From positions 1,961 to 25,960 of the forward strand of contig JACOTQ010000022.1 in NCBI GenBank assembly GCA_016178255.1: a stretch of DNA of 24,000 nt, given 5' to 3'. Below are positions 7,519-13,766 of the stretch, one piece after another. The first letter of the stretch is position 1. Each line of letters begins with the position of its first letter. The stretch is from Candidatus Colwellbacteria bacterium. Its GTDB lineage: Bacteria; Patescibacteriota; Minisyncoccia; UBA6257; Colwellbacteraceae. Under the pieces are notes generated by a model that was given only the letters and a program-made list of their open reading frames with translations, searched no databases and was not told the DNA's origin. Made by a program: the position numbers and the translations under genes.

Positions 7519-7601
7519 AGGCTGACAATAACAAAAGTTCTCACATCTCCAAAAACTCCCCTATTTTGACTTCTCAATAAGCCGTATAATACTAATAACT
7601 A

Positions 7602-8204
7602 ATGACACAGGGCTTAAAAAAGCTTTTCGAGATAATCTTTCCTCACACAAGGCTGAACCGAAGTTTACGAATTCTCATCCTTACCAATTCGGTCATGGTT
7701 TTTATCCTGGGTTTATTTGCGCCCTTCTATGCCATCTTTGTACGAAATATTGGTGGTTCCATAGCCTTTGCCGGACTTTCTTGGGGAATTCTTTCCATAG
7801 TAGCGGGGGTTCTTATATTCCTTTTCTCTAACTGGGAACTAAAAGTAAAGGAGCCGGAACTTCTTATAGCTTTCGCTCACATCATCAGGGGTATGGTTTT
7901 CATAAGTTACGCCTTTATGGGCAGTATGACCCAGCTTATTATCACTCAAGTTCTCTGGGGCATTGCCATAGCTTTAAGCGCGCCATCATTTGATTCAGTT
8001 TACGCGGCCCACACCAACAAAAATGATTCTATTAGTGAATGGAGTGGCTGGGAAGGATTAGCCGCAATTTCGAGCGGTGTGGCAGCGCTAATCGGAGGAT
8101 TGATTATAGAAAGTTTCGGCTATCAATCCATATTTCTTGGCATGGCGGCAATCTCCATCGGTTTGGGCATATATATTTGGAGCTTACCCAGAGAAACTTT
8201 ATAA
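7602..8204 (+). CDS. Half-size MFS-like membrane protein (about six TM helices)
   Basis: 200 aa, almost entirely hydrophobic helices (ILILTNSVMVFILGLFAPFYAIF, LSWGILSIVAGVLIFLF, ...). The family call rests on topology and memory only. Confidence 0.6.
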   Translation: MTQGLKKLFEIIFPHTRLNRSLRILILTNSVMVFILGLFAPFYAIFVRNIGGSIAFAGLSWGILSIVAGVLIFLFSNWELKVKEPELLIAFAHIIRGMVFISYAFMGSMTQLIITQVLWGIAIALSAPSFDSVYAAHTNKNDSISEWSGWEGLAAISSGVAALIGGLIIESFGYQSIFLGMAAISIGLGIYIWSLPRETL

Positions 8205-8285
8205 AATAGTAACTAATACAAGTCAAATAATTTTTCTGTTGAAACGTCACATAAAACTCTATCTCAAGTCTGTAAAGTTGGGCGA

Positions 8286-8317
8286 TATACTATATCACCG
8301 ATCGGTGATATAGTATA
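8286..8317. repeat. 32-bp perfect palindrome TATACTATATCACCGATCGGTGATATAGTATA (copy 2), 25 nt upstream of the 8342 gene
   Basis: Positions 8286-8301 pair perfectly with 8317-8302. It differs from copy 1 at one arm position (T 8293 versus C 1773), and the partner base also differs (A 8310 versus G 1790). Confidence 0.9.
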
Positions 8318-8341
8318 CTTTAACATCAATTAACAAATGGG

Positions 8342-8680
8342 ATGGAAGTAACTCTTCAAAAACAATGTCCGAAGTGCAAAACCGAAGTTTCCGAAACGGC
8401 TTATTTTTGTTCTAATTGCGGACAACCTTTAAAATCCAGGCCGGAAAGCACTTCCATTCCAAAACAGATTCTTATCTACTTCGTGAGCTTTTTTCTCGCG
8501 CCCCTTGGCTTAGTCTATACTTTTAAATACCTGCGGCAACCGGATAAAAAATCAAAAACAATCGGCGCTGTCTCTTTAGCCTTAACCATTGTAGCTATAA
8601 CGGCAACCGTTTATTTAGGGATAGCATACACCAAACAACAATACAGCGAAATTAATTCACTTCTTAACGGCGGACTATAA
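8342..8680 (+). CDS. Zinc-ribbon domain membrane protein
   Basis: CPKCKTEVSETAYFCSNCG (CxxC...CxxC) is followed by two hydrophobic helices. Confidence 0.7.
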   Translation: MEVTLQKQCPKCKTEVSETAYFCSNCGQPLKSRPESTSIPKQILIYFVSFFLAPLGLVYTFKYLRQPDKKSKTIGAVSLALTIVAITATVYLGIAYTKQQYSEINSLLNGGL

Positions 8681-8746
8681 ACACCAACCCGAGAAACTAA
8701 AATAGCCACCTGCTTCTAGGTGTGGCTATATTGGCTACTAATTTGG

Positions 8747-8779
8747 AAAAACAAAAGGCCAGTCGAAATGACTGGTCCT
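8747..8779 (-). terminator. Rho-independent terminator downstream of the SPFH gene
   Basis: On the minus strand, AGGACCAGUC-AUUUC-GACUGGCCU (9 bp with one bulge) is followed by UUUUGUUUUU. Confidence 0.7.
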
Positions 8780-8870
8780 TTGCCATTAGGCTAACCCTAT
8801 TGGCACACTTATTTATATTAGCGAAAGGCATAGCCCAATGATATCATCTACGGCTTATCTCCCACCACCC

Positions 8871-9652
8871 TTATTTAGTGGCAGGGTTGACGTTGAAGAA
8901 CGTCATGAACGCTGGAAGACCAGATGCCGATCCCGTATTCTGACTCTGCCCGTTGACAATGTATGTTTCGGGCACATCACCGGTCCACTTCTCCGCAAGC
9001 TTCAAGAAAGCTTCAGCATAAATCTTTGAGATAAGTTTTTCTCCTTGCTGTGATGCAAGGGCTTGAGACTCAAGACGAGTCTTTTCGGCAAGAGCCTCAG
9101 CTTTCTTGATTTCCTGCTGCTTCTTTTGCTCCTGGCTGGCCGTGATGTTGGCTTCTGCGAGCGCATTCTGTGCTTCAACCTGCTTCCTCTTCACCGCTGC
9201 CTCATATTGTCAACGAGGTCATTCGCCGTGAATGCAGACAATGAACTTTCAAGAACATCAGGCATGTTAGGCGAGATGAGCTTTGCTTCGTAGTTCAGTT
9301 GTGTCTCACGATAGGCCTGTTCGACCTGTCCTGGGTCAACCTTATAGTTGACAGTAACAGTTGTGTCGACGATCTGTGAGTCTTTTGAATAGACCGGCGC
9401 AGTCATCTTGAAAGTCTGAATTGTGAGGTCGGCTTTCACAACCTGGTCGATCAGAGGAACTCGTAGTGCTAAGCCCGTGTCCGGTGGAAGGGTATGGTGG
9501 ATCGCCTTATTCCTAAGGACGATGCCAGCCTCAGTTCCGCCAATCATCGTGATCGGCCACAGAATGAATAACAGGACGATGCCCACTGCAGCGATTATAC
9601 CCCAGGCGACCAACTTTGCGCCTGTCGGAATTCCTTCAATTGGATTTGCCAT
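8871..9652 (-). pseudogene. SPFH/band-7 (prohibitin/stomatin-like) membrane protein, disrupted by an internal deletion plus a frame change near 9203-9209
   Basis: The N-part from ATG 9652 gives MANPIEGIPTGAKLVAWGIIAAVGIVLLFILWPI (TM) ...GIVLRNKAI...VPLIDQVVKADLTIQTF...FTANDLVDN, then stops at 9191. The C-part, in another frame open from 9209, gives EAAVKRKQVEAQNALAEANITASQEQKKQQ...IYAEAFLKLAEKWTG. The roughly 40 residues that normally lie between the ..ELI..R block and the AIE.K..A.Q coiled coil are absent. Confidence 0.75.
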
Positions 9653-9653
9653 A

Positions 9654-9749
9654 TTATTTCTTTTTGCTGTTAAGGATTTTCGTTTTGATGAACCACGCAA
9701 CCGCGCAGATGATCGCAAGGAAGAATCCAGCTTCGATTAAAAGTCTCAT
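9654..9749 (-). CDS. Tiny membrane ORF (31 aa) abutting the SPFH start codon
   Basis: MRLLIEAGFFLAIICAVAWFIKTKILNSKKK. Its TAA stop is 1 nt from the SPFH ATG (TAA-T-ATG). There is no homology evidence. Confidence 0.35.
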   Translation of the reverse strand: MRLLIEAGFFLAIICAVAWFIKTKILNSKKK

Positions 9750-10191
9750 ATACTGTTTTGATTAATACCAGTTGTAACGTTAAACGTGTACAAGCGGTAT
9801 AGTTAATGACTCAAAACGCATTATTAACAATTCTCGACCCGCAAAAAGGTTTTATTAAGCTATACCTTAATATGCAATTGTTAACGATCGTTCTTAGGCA
9901 AGACATTACTATATTTATATAATATTGTCAAGTTAGCCCTAGGTACCTTCAACCCTCAAGCACAACGCCTGTTAACTCATATAATACCTCAAAGGTTGTT
10001 CAAACTCTCACTTCCTTGCTGATGTACTTAAGGATATCAGCGAGGAAAGAAGTAAATTGGATGCGCTCTCGTTCCTCAATCGAAAAATGATTGTATTTCA
10101 TACACTCTGATTACATAAGAGGGGCGCACTTACTTGTTGAAGTTAGTGCATAGATTAGGCTACTAACACTTTTAACGGTATAATCCAACCA

Positions 10192-10752
10192 ATGAATATC
10201 AAAAAAGAATTTACAATCCTATCCAATATGCCCAAAGAGCTTCGATGGATAGGCGACCCCGTTCTTAGAGCTAAGACAAAAGATATAAAACCTCTGGATA
10301 TCCCCAAAGCGGAAACCAAAAGAATCATCAGCAAAATGAATCTCGCACTCGACAAAATACAAAAGTATTCGAGAGGCGTCGCGATTGCCGCTCCGCAGAT
10401 TGGAATTTCCAAATCGGTAACTGTCGTAGATTTCGCGGGAAAACGCGCCACGTTTATAAATCCTAAAATTTTAAAATACTCTAAAACGCGCAATGTTTAT
10501 ACGGAGGGTTGCTTAAGTTCATCGCCTCTCTTTGCGGATGTCATAAGACCAAAGACCATCAGAGTTTCCTATTACGACTCATCTGGCAAACGTCACATAG
10601 AAAACATTTATGGCGGACTTGCCAGAATTCTACAGCATGAAATCGACCACCTTTACGGAATTCTATGCGTTGATAGATGTTCCTTAAAATCCGCTCAATA
10701 TGTTTTTGATGTTGAGAAATTCAAAAAAGGGTTAAAATTCCGGCGGGTTTAA
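10192..10752 (+). CDS. def: Peptide deformylase
   Basis: All three signature motifs are present: GVAIAAPQIG, EGCLS, HEIDHL. TATAAT at 10179-10184 ends 7 nt before the ATG. Confidence 0.9.
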   Translation: MNIKKEFTILSNMPKELRWIGDPVLRAKTKDIKPLDIPKAETKRIISKMNLALDKIQKYSRGVAIAAPQIGISKSVTVVDFAGKRATFINPKILKYSKTRNVYTEGCLSSSPLFADVIRPKTIRVSYYDSSGKRHIENIYGGLARILQHEIDHLYGILCVDRCSLKSAQYVFDVEKFKKGLKFRRV

Positions 10753-10777
10753 CAATAAGCCTCCTATTCCATCGCCC

Positions 10778-11578
10778 TCAAAACTTTGAGATACATATCC
10801 TCAACGATTTTACGTCCAACGCGTCGCCCCCAGAGGAAAGATTGGCATTATCCAAAAGATATATTCTCTGTTTCGCCTGGAGAACGGAACGCGTACTCAA
10901 GCCTTGTCTCTTAAGAACTTGCCCGATACGCGGGTCATCCGCCTTAATCGCGGTATCGCGGCCGCGAGCAATAAATTGATTTTGTTTTTTTATAAGCAAC
11001 TGGTGAATTGTGGAACGACCATCGCCCATCAAATTAAGAGGCAGCCTTTGATAAGTGGAAATTACTTTATTATCTAAAACCACAATCCTGTAATCCTTAC
11101 CAGCAATATATGGCTGAACCAAAGCGGCCCTGTCATTTTTAAAAATAAATTTCAGCGAGCGATAGAAATCGCTTTTGGTATAAACCTTAGCCATTCCTAC
11201 GCCTTGACTGCCGCTGTTGGGCTTTACAACAACCGGAAAGCCGATTCTCATAGCGTATCTATAAGCGGAGTCAATATTCCTCCTGGAACCGATGGCACGG
11301 CAGAACTCGCTTGAAAAAAACGTCTTGCCGGGTACGGTTGGATATCCCATCCGCTTCATAAAAAAAGCGGCATAGTCCTTGTCTTTGGCTATATCGGAAG
11401 CGCCGACCGGATTCAAATCTATAGTTGAGCCCCTAAAATAACGCCTGCGGCCATTCTTAAATGTTATTTGCCCCACAAAATTCCACTCCGGCTCCATTAC
11501 GACAGTCGCCCCAATCTTCGAAGCAAGTTTCCGAAAAACTTCCCCTAAAAAGGGTCTGCTTGGTTGCTTACGTTTCAT
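10778..11578 (-). CDS. ATP-grasp enzyme (cyanophycin-synthetase-N-terminal-like/RimK-type), apparently C-terminally truncated by a deletion and frame change near 10812-10816
   Basis: The blocks GFPVVVKPNSGSQGVGM, LVQPYIAGKDYRIVVLD and LLDNANLSSGGDALDV match the ATP-grasp core. The ORF then ends after 10 unrelated residues without the usual E-x-N Mg/ATP loop. A different frame reads ...GRKIVEDMYLKVLRAME and stops at 10764, which looks like the natural C-terminus. Confidence 0.7.
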   Translation of the reverse strand: MKRKQPSRPFLGEVFRKLASKIGATVVMEPEWNFVGQITFKNGRRRYFRGSTIDLNPVGASDIAKDKDYAAFFMKRMGYPTVPGKTFFSSEFCRAIGSRRNIDSAYRYAMRIGFPVVVKPNSGSQGVGMAKVYTKSDFYRSLKFIFKNDRAALVQPYIAGKDYRIVVLDNKVISTYQRLPLNLMGDGRSTIHQLLIKKQNQFIARGRDTAIKADDPRIGQVLKRQGLSTRSVLQAKQRIYLLDNANLSSGGDALDVKSLRICISKF

Positions 11579-11597
11579 AACGATAATAATCTACCTG

Positions 11598-11626
11598 TTG
11601 ACACATATTTTCAATTCAGCTAAAAT
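11598..11626 (+). promoter_or_regulatory. Near-consensus sigma-70 promoter (TTGACA, 17-nt spacer, TAAAAT)
   Basis: TTGACA at 11598-11603, a 17-nt spacer, and TAAAAT at 11621-11626, read directly. It drives the short unit that ends at the 11767-11801 terminator. Confidence 0.6.
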
Positions 11627-11640
11627 TCAAATCAGAACAT

Positions 11641-11739
11641 ATGAAATCAGTCGCATCGGTAAAACAAATAAGTTTGGTCGTCCTTAACTTAGGGCTACTA
11701 ACTCTTCTTTACCGGAAGGCTGGTTTGTGTATGTCGTAA
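11641..11739 (+). CDS. Hypothetical 32-aa hydrophobic peptide, or a noncoding sRNA body
   Basis: MKSVASVKQISLVVLNLGLLTLLYRKAGLCMS. No Shine-Dalgarno sequence. It lies between a strong promoter and a strong terminator, so the transcription unit is better supported than the coding call. Confidence 0.3.
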   Translation: MKSVASVKQISLVVLNLGLLTLLYRKAGLCMS

Positions 11740-11766
11740 ATTTATATAGTTGCAGTAGTAAGAAAT

Positions 11767-11801
11767 AAAACCCGCCTTCCAAAAGAAGGCGGGTTTTATT
11801 T
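11767..11801. terminator. Bidirectional rho-independent terminator
   Basis: AAAACCCGCCTTC-CAAAA-GAAGGCGGGTTTT has a 13-bp perfect stem, an A-tract before and a T-tract after, so both strands see a hairpin followed by a U-run. Confidence 0.85.
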
Positions 11802-12110
11802 CCTGTTCTTTCAGGCAGTTCCTTGTTCCAGTGTCCGCAAATCTTCAGAAAGGGGGTTTCGAATGAAACCGAAAAGGTATTTTGGGGAATTTGGACACTA
11901 CTCTACCGACCATCCTATGGGCGGCTGGGGGTTCGGTTCGGAAGAACTGCGCCCCCTTGTCCGTAAGACGCAAGGAGAGCAACGCTTTCTCCTCCAGGCG
12001 CCGGAAAAACCCGGCACAGAGGAAAAGCAAGCCAGCGACAAATAGCCGCCGGCAATCCACCGCAACGAGGACTCTTCAGGAACACTCCCGAGGAGTCCTC
12101 TTCACTTAAA
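11802..12110 (-). ncRNA. Candidate structured ncRNA of unknown class (GC-rich, multi-hairpin, no credible ORF)
   Basis: The region is visibly more GC-rich than its flanks, and all three listed ORFs here overlap in different frames. Hand-found helices: 12067-12100 (13 bp, one mismatch); GCGCCGG/CCGGCAC at 11998-12017; AAGGAGA/TCTCCTC at 11972-11994; GGGGG/CCCCC at 11927-11956 enclosing GTTC/GAAC; GGACA/TGTCC at 11884-11962, which closes a three-way junction. The minus strand is preferred only because the element runs into the bidirectional terminator. The strand is uncertain. Confidence 0.35.
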
Positions 12111-12160
12111 ACATCTCTTGATTATTGGGTAAAAAATAATTTTGACTGTACAATCATATT

Positions 12161-12847
12161 ATGAAAAAGCGAACTTTCGCGGCTAAAGCTCTAAATTTCT
12201 ATAACGCCTTGGAATTTACTAATAAACTCCCTCATGGAGTCAAAATAATGAACCCGTACAAGGAGCCGGAAACACAAGGATATTTGAAGGAGTTCCTAGG
12301 AAAGTTTTTCGCGGATAATGTTGGCCGCGTCGCGGTTTTCGGCATAAATCCGGGAAGGTTCGGTTCCGGCATTACTGGGATAACTTTCACCGACCCGGTG
12401 GCGCTCGCGCAATTTTGCGGGATTCCAAACAATCTGCCACAAGTTCGTGAACGCTCGTCGGAATTCATATACGAATTTATCAATCATTGGGGCGGTCCGG
12501 AGAAGTTTTATCGCGACTTCTTTCTCACGGCCGCCTCGCCTCTTGGTTTCACGCGTAACGGAATCAACTTTAATTACTATGATGACCGACTCCTTTTCAA
12601 ACTCGTCAAACCTTTTATAATTGAGTCAATCAAAGCCCACTTTGATTTCAGTATCCGTCCCGAAACGGCCATCATCTTGGGCACCGGAAAAAACCAAAAG
12701 GCGCTCACCAAAATTAATCAGGAGTTCGGATTCTTCAAAAAAGTTTACGCCGTCGAACATCCCCGTTTCATAATGCAGTATCGAAGGAAAAAGCTAAAAG
12801 AATATATCAAAAGATACCGGGATGTCTTTAGCCAAGCTATGAAATGA
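12161..12847 (+). CDS. Uracil-DNA glycosylase superfamily protein, SMUG2/DUF4918-like
   Basis: FGINPGRFGSGITGITFTDP, SPLGFTR..NFNYYD and EHPRFIMQYRRK match my memory of DUF4918 proteins. TACAAT ends 6 nt before the ATG. Confidence 0.7.
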   Translation: MKKRTFAAKALNFYNALEFTNKLPHGVKIMNPYKEPETQGYLKEFLGKFFADNVGRVAVFGINPGRFGSGITGITFTDPVALAQFCGIPNNLPQVRERSSEFIYEFINHWGGPEKFYRDFFLTAASPLGFTRNGINFNYYDDRLLFKLVKPFIIESIKAHFDFSIRPETAIILGTGKNQKALTKINQEFGFFKKVYAVEHPRFIMQYRRKKLKEYIKRYRDVFSQAMK

Positions 12848-12875
12848 GACATTAATTAACTATTATAATATTTAT

Positions 12876-13613
12876 ATGAATCAAACCAAATTAAAATATC
12901 TTCAGGATTTCACGCTTCTCGAATCAGTTTCGCGAGTTGTCGAAACTTCCCAGGAAAACGAACGAAATGTTGTCATACTGGACGAAACCATTTTTTACCC
13001 GCAGGGCGGCGGTCAGCCTTACGATAGGGGCATCATTGAGGGGCTCTCTGGGAAGTTCGCAGTTGAGGAAGTGCGTTTTATTGACGGCGTTGTAAAACAC
13101 ATCGGCAAATTTGAGAATGGCGTCCTTAATACTGGCGATGAAGTAAAATGCTTGGTTGATAGCCAGCGCCGGAAACTGCACAGCCGTATCCATTCCGCGG
13201 GTCATGTCGTTGACATGGCCGTTACTTCCTTGAACCTCAATTGGGTGCCCGGAAAGGGATATCACTTTCCTGATGGCCCCTATGTTGAATACGCCGGAAA
13301 CCTCGGCGAAACAGACAAAGAGAGGTTGAAAACCGACATTGAAAATTTGTGCAATAAATTTGTCGACGAAAATCGGGAAACCAAGCTTCTTCTTATAGAT
13401 AAAGAAAAAATGAAAGAGGTTTGTCATTTTGTACCCGACTATATTCCCGAAGATAAACCCGCGCGAGTTGTCATGTACGGCGATTTCGGAGTTCCGTGCG
13501 GCGGTACCCATGTCGGTCACCTTGGCGATATTGGCCATATGACTATTAGAAAAATAAAATCCGAGGGTGAAAACGTTCGCGTTGGTTATGACGTGGATAG
13601 AATTATTGATTAA
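12876..13613 (+). CDS. alaX: Alanyl-tRNA editing protein AlaX (tRNA synthetase second additional domain)
   Basis: FYPQGGGQPYDRG, the HSAGH zinc motif (HxxxH) and VPCGGTHV (CxxxH). TATAAT ends 6 nt before the ATG. Confidence 0.8.
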   Translation: MNQTKLKYLQDFTLLESVSRVVETSQENERNVVILDETIFYPQGGGQPYDRGIIEGLSGKFAVEEVRFIDGVVKHIGKFENGVLNTGDEVKCLVDSQRRKLHSRIHSAGHVVDMAVTSLNLNWVPGKGYHFPDGPYVEYAGNLGETDKERLKTDIENLCNKFVDENRETKLLLIDKEKMKEVCHFVPDYIPEDKPARVVMYGDFGVPCGGTHVGHLGDIGHMTIRKIKSEGENVRVGYDVDRIID

Positions 13614-13680
13614 TGATGGCCAATGATGTTGGGACGGTCTGCCGCGGAGCTTACTGCTTAGAAGTGGAAATCGCAGACAA

Positions 13681-13698
13681 TTTTTTTTTTTTTTTTTT
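13681..13698. repeat. T18 homopolymer tract
   Basis: Eighteen consecutive T counted directly. It is preceded by the GTCTGC...GCAGAC inverted repeat and followed 4 nt later by the -35 box of the pepN promoter. Confidence 0.95.
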
Positions 13699-13702
13699 GT
13701 CC

Positions 13703-13731
13703 TTGAAGTTAACGCCGGAGTTTCGGATAAT
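13703..13731 (+). promoter_or_regulatory. Predicted pepN promoter (TTGAAG, 17-nt spacer, GATAAT)
   Basis: The hexamers and the 17-nt spacer were read directly. The T18 tract sits where an UP element would. Confidence 0.5.
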
Positions 13732-13766
13732 TTCGAAACAGGCCAAGAGTTAACCTTTTATAGCCA

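Noticed and set aside
10155-10493. 112-aa minus-strand ORF
   Set aside because: It is antisense to peptide deformylase, whose three signature motifs are intact.
11845-12109. Three overlapping ORFs (71, 60 and 75 aa) in the GC-rich island
   Set aside because: They overlap each other in different frames and on both strands. Their products are Arg/Pro/Gly-rich nonsense, and the open frames are a by-product of GC-richness. The region is treated as noncoding.
11802-12110. Tried to assign the GC-rich island to RNase P RNA, tmRNA, SRP RNA, 5S rRNA or a riboswitch
   Set aside because: No GGAAAGUCC / ACAGAA..GGCUUA P4 strands, so not RNase P. No GGUUCGA-type T-arm, no ..UCCACCA end in the right context and no tag ORF, so not tmRNA. 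No GGAA-capped helix 8 with AGCA, so not SRP. The three-way junction at 11884-11962 has CCGAAC, GAUGGU and AGAGUAG strings reminiscent of 5S rRNA, but it is only 79 nt and sits inside a larger element. Similarities to glycine, cobalamin and TPP consensus strings were partial only.
12924-13538. 204-aa minus-strand ORF
   Set aside because: It is entirely antisense to alaX (HxxxH and CxxxH motifs intact on the plus strand), so it is a long shadow ORF.
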